Assembly: GCA_965226375.1 (NCBI GenBank)
Contig: CBDDCX010000008.1
Coordinates: forward strand, 1,376,001 to 1,440,000
Length of the DNA stretch: 64,000 nucleotides
Origin: Longimicrobiales bacterium
GTDB taxonomy: Bacteria > Gemmatimonadota > Gemmatimonadetes > Longimicrobiales > Gaopeijiaceae
Reading direction: 5' to 3'
In this document: one piece after another, positions 39,227 through 50,700 of the stretch
Numbering within the stretch: the stretch's first letter is position 1
Layout: every line of letters starts with the position of its first letter
Position numbers and translations under genes: made by a program
Notes under the pieces: model-generated
Told to the model about the DNA's origin: nothing
Databases searched by the model: none
What the model saw: only the letters and a program-made list of their open reading frames with translations

Positions 39227-40243
39227 CTACTCGCGATCCGAGATAGGTGCCGAAAATGGTGTCTGCCCTTCGTTCACGATCCTCGTGGTAGGATAGGCCA
39301 AATCGATATCGGCCTCCCGGTCGACCACGTGCAACACCGCCTCCCAAAGGCTCTGCTGAACTCCCCGGCGTCGGCGCGGTTCCGTGAGGAAGCGCATGGT
39401 CAAGCATACCCCCTGGTCCACCACCGACGTGTATACGGTGGCGGTGACCGTGCCATACGAAATCAACATCCGGCTCGGACGCCGTTTGAGTGATTCCCTC
39501 GCCCGTTGACTGGTTTCTTCCGTCTCTTCCTGAACGATGGACACGAAGATCGCCTTGGCTTTCTGCCAGTCGCTCTCGAACGTGAGCACGATGGGGATTT
39601 CGTTCCACAGAAACGGAAACTCGGCCGTGGAGTTGGCGATGGGCTCGGTAAGAATCTTCGCATTGGGAATCCGGACGACCCGTCCCGTGCTCTGATCGGC
39701 CTCCACCCAGTTTCCGATCTCCAACAGCGTGAAATGAAGGACGGAAATGTCCACCACGTCACCGGCGTGCTCACCGATCTGCACCCGATCCCCGAGCGCG
39801 AGCGGCGGCTTGGTCATGATGACCACCCATCCGGCCAAATCCACGATGACGTCCTTCAGCGCGATGGCCACACCTGCAGTGAACAACCCGAGGAAGGTTC
39901 CTAACTGTCGAAGACCGTCTACCCAGATAGACCCGACGAACAGCACCGCGATGACCCACGTGACGTACGCGATGGACTTGCCCCACCGATACTGGAGGCT
40001 TCGGTCGTCGACTGTCCTGGCCACAACCCGCTGCAAGACCCTTCGTACGAACCAGATGGACAGCAGAACAATGACCGTGAGGCCGACTTTCCTCCCGGAG
40101 GCGCTGTCCAGGAACAACCCCTGGCTGAAGAAGTCGATACCCTGCGTCAGGGCGCTCTGAGCGGCGCTGTCTGGGACATTCTGAACTGCCCCCCAGATAA
40201 CGGAGCTCGTCACCGGCAGCTCCGTTGCGCCGACGGGCCCCAC
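39227..40243 (-). CDS. small-conductance mechanosensitive channel (MscS family); start uncertain
   Basis: TM segments; GVAIALKD, GDRVQIG..AGDV.DI, IPN. Confidence 0.9.
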   Translation of the reverse strand: MGPVGATELPVTSSVIWGAVQNVPDSAAQSALTQGIDFFSQGLFLDSASGRKVGLTVIVLLSIWFVRRVLQRVVARTVDDRSLQYRWGKSIAYVTWVIAVLFVGSIWVDGLRQLGTFLGLFTAGVAIALKDVIVDLAGWVVIMTKPPLALGDRVQIGEHAGDVVDISVLHFTLLEIGNWVEADQSTGRVVRIPNAKILTEPIANSTAEFPFLWNEIPIVLTFESDWQKAKAIFVSIVQEETEETSQRARESLKRRPSRMLISYGTVTATVYTSVVDQGVCLTMRFLTEPRRRRGVQQSLWEAVLHVVDREADIDLAYPTTRIVNEGQTPFSAPISDRE

Positions 40244-40328
40244 CTGTCGCCTGGCGACCTAGTGTCCTGATGCATGGTTGGATGGTAGTGTGCAGGGCTC
40301 GGCTTCGGTACCCCGGCGCGGATCAGGC

Positions 40329-41861
40329 TCAGACTCGGTGCCTATCGAGGCTCCTATACTGAATCGCCTCCGCCGCATGGGCCGAGGTAATGCCCTTGCT
40401 ATCGTCGAGGTCGGCGATGGTCCGTGCCACTTTGAGGATTCGGTGGTACGCCCGCGCTGACAGCCGTAGTCGATCGAGGGCCCTCTGGAGTAGTCGCGCC
40501 ACGTCCGTGGACGGGCGACAGTGTCTACGGATCTCTGCCGGACCCATTTGGCCATTGGCAAAGACGCCGACCGAGTCGCGGAGGCGCTCGATCTGCCGGT
40601 CCCGGGCCCGGGTGACTCGCTCCCGCACGCTGGCCGTTCGCTCACCCCTCCGATCCTGTGCAAGCTCCCGAAACGGAACCGCCGGCACCTCAATGTGAAG
40701 GTCGATTCGATCCAGGAGCGGACCGGACACCTTGGATCGATAGCGCTGTATATGTGTGGGATCACATCCGCACCGTCCCCCGTCGTCTCCAAACCAACCG
40801 CACGGACACGGATTCATGGCTCCAGCCAGCATGAAACGCGCTGGATATCGGAGCGCCGAGCGAGCTCTAGCGTGGAACACCACTCCATCCTCCAACGGCT
40901 GTCGCAGCGCCTCGAGGACATGCCTCCGATACTCGGGGAGCTCGTCCAGGAACAGGACACCCTGGTGCGCCAGGCTGATTTCTCCGGGCCTGGGAATCGA
41001 CCCGCCTCCTACGAGACCGGCGTCACTCACCGTGTGGTGGGGAGCCCGAAAGGGCCGGCCCACGAGAAGGGAGCCCCCCGCCGGAACCAGGCCCGCCACC
41101 GAGTGGATCTTCGTAACCTCGATGGACTCGGCCACCGTCAGGGGAGGCAGAATGCCGGGGAGTCGCCGGGCCAGCATGGTCTTGCCTGACCCCGGCGGTC
41201 CCAACAGGAGCAGGTTGTGGCATCCCGCGGCGGCGATCTCCAGGGCCCGCTTCGCGAATTCCTGACCATGGACGTCGGTGAGATCCGCCGTTGGCGGTTC
41301 GGTCTCTCGGAGGAGACGTGCGGAGTCCACCGTGGTGGGTGTGATCAGGTGACCGCCCGCCAGATGCTCCAGGACGGTAGCCAGATCGTCGCAGCCGAAG
41401 ACCTGTAGATCGCTGACTCCCGCCGCCTCCCGCGCATTTTCGAGCGGAAGCATCAGCGCCCCCACCCCTCGGTCCATGCAGCCGGCGGCGATGGGAAGCG
41501 CTCCTCGAACCGGCCTCAGACGTCCACCCAGTCCGAGCTCCCCGACAAAGCAGAGTCCGTCCACACGATCCTGCGGGACCACACCCATGCCGATGAGGAG
41601 AGCTAGAGCGATGGGTAGATCGAAGGCACTCCCCTCTTTCGGGACGTCGGCCGGAGCCAGATTCACGGTGATGCGACGAGGAGGCAGAGAGTGCCCCACG
41701 TTCTGGAGCGCTGCGGTGACACGCTCTCGCCCCTCTCTGACCGCCCCCTGAGGCAGCCCGACGACGACGAACGCGGGCAGCCCCACGGACAAGTTGACCT
41801 CGACCGAGACGGGGTAGCTCTCGACTCCCTGCACGGAGGCTGAGCGAACGTAGGCGAGTAT
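40329..41861 (-). CDS. comM: YifB/ComM Mg-chelatase-like AAA+ ATPase; apparent ATA start
   Basis: ITVNLAPAD..KEG.AFDLPIA, GPPGSGKT, FRAPHH, PGEISLAH.GVLFLDE, NPCPCG, LSARAYHRILKVARTIADL. Confidence 0.93.
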   Translation of the reverse strand: MLAYVRSASVQGVESYPVSVEVNLSVGLPAFVVVGLPQGAVREGRERVTAALQNVGHSLPPRRITVNLAPADVPKEGSAFDLPIALALLIGMGVVPQDRVDGLCFVGELGLGGRLRPVRGALPIAAGCMDRGVGALMLPLENAREAAGVSDLQVFGCDDLATVLEHLAGGHLITPTTVDSARLLRETEPPTADLTDVHGQEFAKRALEIAAAGCHNLLLLGPPGSGKTMLARRLPGILPPLTVAESIEVTKIHSVAGLVPAGGSLLVGRPFRAPHHTVSDAGLVGGGSIPRPGEISLAHQGVLFLDELPEYRRHVLEALRQPLEDGVVFHARARSALRYPARFMLAGAMNPCPCGWFGDDGGRCGCDPTHIQRYRSKVSGPLLDRIDLHIEVPAVPFRELAQDRRGERTASVRERVTRARDRQIERLRDSVGVFANGQMGPAEIRRHCRPSTDVARLLQRALDRLRLSARAYHRILKVARTIADLDDSKGITSAHAAEAIQYRSLDRHRV

Positions 41862-42111
41862 CGATGTTCCTCCAGGTTGGGGAGATGGCCCCTAACTCTG
41901 ATAGGGAAGGATGGGCGAATCCATGTCCAGACAAGCCATGAACGGGTGACGATTCGTGGTCCGAGATAGGTGGAATGGACCACCGCTTTTTCGCGAAATC
42001 CATGGAGCGAAAAGTCGGCTGATATGGTGTCCCTGACCTGTACCACCTGGTGTGGTTGGGTGGTAGATTAGTGCGCTAAACTTCGAACCAGAACAAAGGT
42101 GGGAGCGCTCG

Positions 42112-43245
42112 ATGAATGTTGCCGTTCTCGGTGAAACCAAGCCCGGAGAGACGCGGGTTGCGCTGATCCCTTCAACCGTCGGTGAGCTGGCCAAGATCGG
42201 GTGCGACGTTACGGTCGCCTCCGGTGCGGGCGTGGCATCTCACTTCGCGGATGAGGAATACACGGCGGCCGGAGCCACAGTCGTCCCGGATGCGGCCTCG
42301 GCGATGCGGGGAGCCCAGATCGTGGTAAAGGTCCAGGCTCCGAGCGATGAAGAAGTCGGGGGACTCCCGAACGGGGTGGTTCTCGTGTCGCTACTGTCTC
42401 CCCTAACGGAGCCCGAGCTGATCGGGCGTCTGGGCAAAGCTGGAGTCACCGCCTTCGCGCTGGAGCTGATCCCGCGCATCACCCGGGCTCAGAGCATGGA
42501 TGTGCTTTCCTCTCAGGCTACTGTGGCCGGGTACAAGGCCGTGCTCATGGGCGCCGACGCGCTGAGCAAGTTTCTCCCCATGTTCATGACCGCTGCCAGC
42601 ACCATCCGGCCGGGCAAGGTTCTGGTCCTGGGTGCGGGAGTGGCCGGACTGCAGGCCATCGCCACCGCTCGGCGTCTCGGAGCCAAGGTGGAGGCGTTCG
42701 ACGTGAGACCCGAGGTGAAGGAACAGATCGAAAGCCTTGGCGCGTCGTTCCTGGAGACGGAGCATGACGTCTCCGCCGAGGGCGAGGGCGGATACGCCAA
42801 GGAGCTCAGCGAGGAGCAGCACCAACGTGAGTTGGAGCTCATCGCAGCCCATATTGCCGATACGGACCTGGTGGTTACGACCGCTCAAATTCCGGGCCGT
42901 CCCGCACCCCGGCTCATAACCGAAGAGATGGTCGACTCCATGCGCCCGGGATCGGTGATCATCGATCTCGCCGCCTCGTCCGGCGGAAATTGTGCCGGCT
43001 CCGTCGATGGCGAAACCGTGATCCGCAACGGCGTCAAGATCATCGGGCCCGCGAACCTTCCCGCCGGAATTCCGGTGCACGCTAGCCAGATGTTCGCCAA
43101 GAACGTGGCCACGCTTCTCAAGGAGTTGGTCACCGACGGTGAGCTCTCCTTGGATTTCGAGGATGAAATCGTCGCTGGCACGTGCGTGACGCACGGCGGT
43201 GAGGTCCGACATGGACCCACGAAGGAGCGGCTCAGGCTCGCATGA
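42112..43245 (+). CDS. pntA: NAD(P) transhydrogenase alpha-1 (domain I)
   Basis: ETRVALIP, PRITRAQSMDVLSSQ, GAGVAGLQA, GGYAKE, TTAQIPGRPAP. Confidence 0.96.
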   Translation: MNVAVLGETKPGETRVALIPSTVGELAKIGCDVTVASGAGVASHFADEEYTAAGATVVPDAASAMRGAQIVVKVQAPSDEEVGGLPNGVVLVSLLSPLTEPELIGRLGKAGVTAFALELIPRITRAQSMDVLSSQATVAGYKAVLMGADALSKFLPMFMTAASTIRPGKVLVLGAGVAGLQAIATARRLGAKVEAFDVRPEVKEQIESLGASFLETEHDVSAEGEGGYAKELSEEQHQRELELIAAHIADTDLVVTTAQIPGRPAPRLITEEMVDSMRPGSVIIDLAASSGGNCAGSVDGETVIRNGVKIIGPANLPAGIPVHASQMFAKNVATLLKELVTDGELSLDFEDEIVAGTCVTHGGEVRHGPTKERLRLA

Positions 43246-43253
43246 CCAGGAGC

Positions 43254-43308
43254 CCACATACAGTGACTCTGAAGGGCCGAACCCCACTCGGCCCACTTCC
43301 ACATACAG
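43254..43308. repeat. CCACATACAG direct repeats flanking a hairpin
   Basis: Copies at 43254-43263 and 43299-43308; GGGCCGA/TCGGCCC stem between. Confidence 0.7.
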
Positions 43309-43329
43309 CATCACCAATAGAAGGAGGAC

Positions 43330-43611
43330 TTGATGGGCGAGATGGTCGTTGGACTCTACGTCTTCGTCCTGGCTACCGTGGCCGGTCGTGAGCTGATCAC
43401 CAAGGTTCCCCCGACTCTGCATACGCCCCTCATGTCGGGGGCCAACGCCATCTCGGGCATCGCTATCGTCGGAGCCCTGGTGGTTTCGTCGCAGGTCGAT
43501 TCGGGGTTGTCGGAGATTCTCGGGATCGCGGCCATTGTCATGGCCATGATCAATGTGGTCGGTGGCTTCATGGTGACCGATCGCATGCTCCAGATGTTCA
43601 AGAAGAGCTAG
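43330..43611 (+). CDS. NAD(P) transhydrogenase alpha-2 (membrane part)
   Basis: VPPTLHTPLMSGANAISG, NVVGGF.VTDRML.MFK; AAGGAGG RBS. Confidence 0.95.
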   Translation: MMGEMVVGLYVFVLATVAGRELITKVPPTLHTPLMSGANAISGIAIVGALVVSSQVDSGLSEILGIAAIVMAMINVVGGFMVTDRMLQMFKKS

Positions 43612-43636
43612 ACGACCACTCAAGGGAGCAAATCAA

Positions 43637-45040
<1,404 letters not shown>

Positions 45041-45042
45041 CC

Positions 45043-45525
45043 GTGCCACCGCCAGACGCAGCACCGATGGAGCGAATCGATCGTGTCCGTCAGCAGGAGC
45101 GCATCGTGCAGGTGGTGGCGGGAGCGCTCATGGCGGGGGTGGCGACCCTGGGTGGGGTCGCCTACTTCCTAGTTCGCTCGAACGTTTGGGCGCCGATGGA
45201 CGAGGCGGTGGGATCGATCATTCTCTACGCGGGAATAGGGGTCATGGTCGTGGGTTTGCTCACGGCTCCAATGCTCGGTGCCCGACTTCGGGGCTCGCTC
45301 AGCCGCCTCCCTGAACATGAGGTCGTGCAGCGGTACGCGGCCTCGGTCATCGTGCCCCAGGCGGTGCGGGAGGGCGTCGGCATAATGGGTGTGATGAGCG
45401 GGATGCTCGCGGGATCGTCGATCTGGATCCTGATCTTTGCCGCGGCCTCGGTCGGCAGCCAAGTGGTTTCCTTTCCGCGGTCAGGAGATCTGGAGGAGCA
45501 CCTGCGGCGGAGGTCCGGCCCTTAG
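45043..45525 (+). CDS. hypothetical membrane protein
   Basis: Several hydrophobic segments; starts 2 nt after pntB stop. Confidence 0.65.
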   Translation: MPPPDAAPMERIDRVRQQERIVQVVAGALMAGVATLGGVAYFLVRSNVWAPMDEAVGSIILYAGIGVMVVGLLTAPMLGARLRGSLSRLPEHEVVQRYAASVIVPQAVREGVGIMGVMSGMLAGSSIWILIFAAASVGSQVVSFPRSGDLEEHLRRRSGP

Positions 45526-45533
45526 ACCCGACC

Positions 45534-47072
45534 TCAGTCCGATGAAGCCTCGTTTGCAGCCGAGGCCAGGAGCTCCCAAACCCGGCGCACGTGCTTTTCG
45601 GTGGAGCGCAGGTTCCCCACCGACAACCGAAGCGCCACCCGTCCGTGGAGTCGAGTGTGCGACAGGAACGCTTCCCCGCTGTCATTCACTCGTTTCAGGA
45701 TCGCCATGTTGACCCCATCCTGAAGTCGTCCCGCATCGGAAGCCCCATCTACGGCCCCCAGCCCTTCCACGTCTCGGCTCTTCCCGGCGGAGCCCCGGGT
45801 TGCAGTCGTAGGCACATGTCTGAACACCACCGTGCTGAACGGAACCGGAGCCACCCGCTCCCAACCCGGAGTCGCGTCCACAAGCCCGGCAAAGATCGAA
45901 GCGAGCCCGCAGTGGGTCCGTATCCGCTCCGCGATTCCCTCGCTCCCGAAATAGCGCAGCACGAACCAGAGTTTGAGGGCCCGCAGTCGGCGACCCAACG
46001 ACAGGCCGTAGTCCATGAGGTTGGTGGCGCCGTCTTCACTCGTGGTCAGGTATTCCGGAGTAATGCTGAAGGCCCTTCGCAACTGATCGGGGCGTCTGCA
46101 GTAGAGAATCGAACAGTCGATCGGAGTGAATAACCACTTGTGGGGGTTCAGAACGATGGAGTCGGCTCGCTCCCACCCCGCGAAGCTTGACCTGAGCTCA
46201 GGAACGATCGCTGCCGGGCCGGCGTGCGCCGCGTCCACGTGGAGCCATGTGCCGTACTCCTCCGCGATGTCGGCCAGCTCGTCAACCGGATCCATACTGC
46301 TGGTCGACGTCGTTCCCAGGGTAGCCACAAGGGCGACGGGACGGATGCCCTGTGCCAGATCCTCTTCCAGGGCTCTCCGGAGAGCGTTCGTATCCATACG
46401 AAATTCGTCGTCGGTCTCAATGCGTCGCACGCCGTTGAGGCCGAAGCCCAGAGTGATCCCCGCCTTGTCGATCGAGGAGTGGGATTCCTCCGAGGTATAG
46501 ATGCGACTGACTGGCACCCCGAAGAGGCCGGTCTCGCGTGCCTGCGGAAAGCAGGCCTCGCGAGCCGCACACAGTGCATAGAGCGAGCTGGATGACGCCG
46601 TGTCGTTGATCGCGCCTCGGAAGGCTTTCGGAAGTCCGACGAGCTCACGCACCCAGTCGAGAGTCAGCTCCTCGAGTTCGGTGCCGGCGGGAGAACTTTT
46701 CCACACCATGGCATTGGCGTTGAGCGCCGCCGAGAGCATTTCACCCAAGATCCCCGGAGCCGATCCGGTCACCGCAAAGTAGGCGAAGAACCCGGGGTGA
46801 TTCCAGTGCGTGACCCCGGGGAGAATCTTGGTCTCGAAGTCGTGGAGGATGTCCTCGAAGGGCTCCCCTTCCGAGGGTGCCGAAGTCGGAAGACTCTCCC
46901 GGATCTGGCCAGGAGCCACCGGGGGAAGTACAGGATAGTCTCCCACGCCTGCCAGGTAGTCGGCGATCCAATCCACCACCTCGTGGCCGTGCCGTCGAAA
47001 ATCCTCAGGAGGCATGTCACCCGTTTCCATCCCTCGCGCCGGGACAGTTTCAGGGTGATTCCTATCACTCAT
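45534..47072 (-). CDS. group II PLP-dependent decarboxylase, aromatic-L-amino-acid decarboxylase-like
   Basis: PGVTHWNHP.FFAYF, SPAGTELE, HSSIDKA, GTT, HVDAA, NPHKW, LKLWFVLRYFG. Confidence 0.92.
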   Translation of the reverse strand: MSDRNHPETVPARGMETGDMPPEDFRRHGHEVVDWIADYLAGVGDYPVLPPVAPGQIRESLPTSAPSEGEPFEDILHDFETKILPGVTHWNHPGFFAYFAVTGSAPGILGEMLSAALNANAMVWKSSPAGTELEELTLDWVRELVGLPKAFRGAINDTASSSSLYALCAAREACFPQARETGLFGVPVSRIYTSEESHSSIDKAGITLGFGLNGVRRIETDDEFRMDTNALRRALEEDLAQGIRPVALVATLGTTSTSSMDPVDELADIAEEYGTWLHVDAAHAGPAAIVPELRSSFAGWERADSIVLNPHKWLFTPIDCSILYCRRPDQLRRAFSITPEYLTTSEDGATNLMDYGLSLGRRLRALKLWFVLRYFGSEGIAERIRTHCGLASIFAGLVDATPGWERVAPVPFSTVVFRHVPTTATRGSAGKSRDVEGLGAVDGASDAGRLQDGVNMAILKRVNDSGEAFLSHTRLHGRVALRLSVGNLRSTEKHVRRVWELLASAANEASSD

Positions 47073-47084
47073 GGTCGAGCAGGC

Positions 47085-47693
47085 TCAGTGGGCCCCAGCC
47101 GACAACTCCTCCTCGATGGTATTGAGCTGCTCTTGCACTTCCGTCACCAATTGGGCGGTCGGTACCTTGAGAACGCCGTTCCCCTTGAAGAGGGCGAAGA
47201 AAAGGGCGTCGGTGTGCCCGATGCTCGCATGTGTGACACCACTGTCGAGGAAGCGGTTGAGACGTAGTGCGTCCCCGAGCGAAAACGCGGCACCAAACCG
47301 AGCAGGCGGTGCCTCGAAGAGCAGTCGTAGCACCGCTTCCCGCAGAATCTGGAACTCCTCGACGATCTCCCCGGCGGCCAGGCCGCGCTGGGCTCCCAGC
47401 GACCCGTAAAGCTCCGCCGCCTCTCTCCAAATGGGAGCTACACGTGCGCGATCCTCCCCGACAGCCCGTGGAATAACTGCGGTAAGGAGTGCGAGAAATC
47501 GTTCAAGGAGTCGTTCCATGTCGGCGTCCGGACTGGCCCGGCGGAGAACCTCGTCTACCCAGTGGCGTGACAGGAACTCGATGTTCTGATTGAGCCACTC
47601 CCCAAGCCGATGGGAACTGGATGATGTGTCGCACTGCGGTGAGGGCGATTGTATCGGCTGGATCTCGGTCGGCTGGGCGACGGAATCCCTCAT
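47085..47693 (-). CDS. RsbRD N-terminal-domain-like helical protein
   Basis: G..RGL...EIVEEFQILRE pattern; no output domain. Confidence 0.55.
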   Translation of the reverse strand: MRDSVAQPTEIQPIQSPSPQCDTSSSSHRLGEWLNQNIEFLSRHWVDEVLRRASPDADMERLLERFLALLTAVIPRAVGEDRARVAPIWREAAELYGSLGAQRGLAAGEIVEEFQILREAVLRLLFEAPPARFGAAFSLGDALRLNRFLDSGVTHASIGHTDALFFALFKGNGVLKVPTAQLVTEVQEQLNTIEEELSAGAH

Positions 47694-47734
47694 AGTGCTC
47701 CAGAGCGAGGCAGAAATGACCAGAAACGAATGTC

Positions 47735-50700
47735 CTAAGGTGCCGAATCCTCCATCCCATCGCCAGGCTGTCCGGGCAACTCATCATCTGCGGTCGCCTG
47801 CGCGCCACCTTCTTCATCCGAATCACCCCAAGCCCTCAGCTGCATCCGAATCACCGTCCCTTCCCCTCGCCCGCTCTCCGCGGTCACCGTGCCACCCCAG
47901 GACTCCACCAGCTTCCGGACGATGGCCAGGCCAAGGCCCGTACCGGCTGAACGAGTGCTGAACTGTGGCTCGAAGATGCGACCTAGAAGCTCCAAGGGGA
48001 TACCGGTACCGTTGTCGCGGACCCGCACCTCCACCGCCAGAGGAACGTGCACGGCCTCGATGGTCACGTGGCCCGTTCCCTCCACCGCTACACGTCCGTT
48101 TTCCAGCAAGTTGAGAAGGACTTCCTTGAATTCGGTCTCGCGCGCGCTAACCAGGGGGAGGTCAACCGGGACCTGAGCCTCGAAATGTACTGGACCCTCC
48201 TCGCCCACCCGGTAGAGGGTCAATACCTCCTGAGCCAGTGATCCCACATCCACCGGCTCGAGGGGAATTTCCCCGGCTGCGGCCGGAGCACCGAACCGTG
48301 AAAAGCCACTGGCAATCTCGGCGAGTCGGTCGATCTCGCTCAGAATCGCCCCGACGTTGCGCTCAAGGATCGACTCGAAGTCCCCGCTCTTATCCTGCCA
48401 GGCCCGTCGAATATGTTGGACGCTCAGCTTGATGGGTGTGAGCGGGTTCTTGACCTCGTGTGCCACCTGACGTGCCATCTCACCCCACGCCAGAATGCGC
48501 TCCGTACGCAGTTCGTCGGTCACATCCTCGATGGACAGCACGACACCACCGGGGCCCTGCCGGGAAATTTCCCTCAACCGGACCCGAATTCGGCGCTCAC
48601 CGACCTGGAACTCGGCCGTCGCCTCCCGGAGGCCGTCGCGGAGTCCCTTCTCCATCCACTGGACCAGCTCTGCCCGTGTCCCTTCGAGCTGTGGTAGCGG
48701 CTCACCCACCTCTACCCTGCCACCGAGCACGTTCTGGGCCCGGGGGTTCACCAACGTTACGTGTCCTTCACGGTCCAGGGCCACGACGCCCGTGGCCGCC
48801 TCATCGACAATGGCCTGGGTCCGCCGCGTAGTCCGGACCAAGTCCCGACGGGCCCGGCTGATACGCAGCACCATTCGGTTGAAGGCCCGGAAGACCGACC
48901 CGAATTCATCGGCCCGCGCGTCGGGAAGCTGCACGGCCAGGTTGCCACCGCCGACCCTCTCCGATGCCACTTGCAGGGTCCGGATCGGACTCGTGAGGGT
49001 CCTTCCGACAAGTAGAGCCAGCCCCAACGACAAGGCGGCACCGATGAGGACAACGAAGGCGACCAACTCGGCCACCTCTCTCTCCCTCAGCGCTGTGGCA
49101 CCGGCCTGAAGAGGCACCTGCGTCGCCACGACGTCTCCGTCCGGAAGCCTCCGAAACGCCATGAGGTACTGTCGCCGGCCGAGATTCCCGAGTGCCGTTT
49201 CCAAAAGTTTCTCACGACTCTCGAGCCGCTGGTTGACCTCAAAGGGAATCCACCCGTCGTACAAGCCCATCTCCACCAGATCATCGACGGAGCCGCCACG
49301 AAGCTCACCCGCTCGATACTCGAGCAGGTCGGCTCCCACTCGACTCGACAGGAGGGTCATGGAGCGCCCGGCTTCGTAGTAGAACGCGGCGGCGTCAGCC
49401 GCGACACGGGCGGCAATGGCCGCGGCAGCGCGTTCGGTGGCCTGCGAGAGGGTACGGAACGCGAGGCTCCCGAAGAGGGCTGCGGAGAGGACGAAGAACC
49501 CGAACAGAGCCCATGTCACTCGTGCGCGGAATGAGGTGAACGGGTTCGTCCAGCTCCTGACCGCGGGCCGCCGACCTACCAAGACGAACTGACCCAGGGT
49601 CCACAGCAGTAGGATGAGGGCCACGTCACCCACGATCAGGAGCGTTCCCCTCGCCACCACCAGCAACGGGCTCGGCAGGTCCACTACGTATTGGGCGTCG
49701 AAACCTCCTCCAGTATAAGAGAAACTCTGGCGAGCCTCCCAGCCGTCGACCGTCCGCACCCATGCCACACCCTCGGCTTGGCTGGCAAGGTCGCCCTCGA
49801 GAATGGGGACGAGTGTCAACGGGGTCTCAGTCGAGGCCGTCGATCCACCGAAGAGCGGGCCGAATGGTGACGCACTCGGAAGCTCTCGGCGGGCTGGAAG
49901 GACGCCGGTGAGGACCCTGCCCCCGCGCAGAGGGACCTGCAACATGTAGTTCGCGTCCCCTGAAGCGAAGCGACGCACGAACGCGGGTTCACCCTGTCGG
50001 GCCTGCTCCAGAAAGTCGTCGGCACGACCCGGTCGTCCACCGTCTACCCCGATGGCGATCTCGAACTCCGGCAGATCACCGGGTGTCCACAGCGTCAGCC
50101 AAACACCCGAACCCTCTTCCGCGAGTCCGCTGTCGACCCAACTCTCATAGAGAAGCTCAGGTGGATCGGCACCCTCTGTATCCAACGAATCCGCCGACTG
50201 CACGAATCTGTGAAGAACGTACTCCAGGTACGGATCCGCCGGGGTGCCGAGCCGGGCCAGTTGCTGTTCGGCCGTATCCATACGGGACTCCACACGGGCA
50301 GCCCAAGAAACAATCAGAGCCGAGGACGCGCCCAGAAGCGCCGCCGACCCCCATGTCACCCAGATTCGGCGCCATCCCCGGAGACCGGACAGACCGAGAG
50401 CGACCAATCCAGCCGGAAGGAACCATGCCGCCGTGCTCCACGCCGGAAGTGTGCCCCCGACGCGCACCGACAGTGCACCCACACCGGCAAGAACCAAAGC
50501 GAGCGCGCCACCGACAAAAAGAGGGATTCCCGCGTGGGGTAGCCGGCGCGCGCGCTCGCCGAGCCTGAATGAAGCGAGACACAGCAGCGTGAACACCAGC
50601 GCCAACCCCAGTTGATAGGCCACCCACTTTCCCTCTCCACCCGACAACAGGGCGGGTCCGGCTCCACCCAAGAGGAGGATCGAGGCCAACGGGAAGGTTA

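Noticed and set aside
41989..41998. TTTCGCGAAA palindrome upstream of pntA as a Rex operator
   Set aside because: Does not fit the TTGTGAA-N4-TTCACAA consensus
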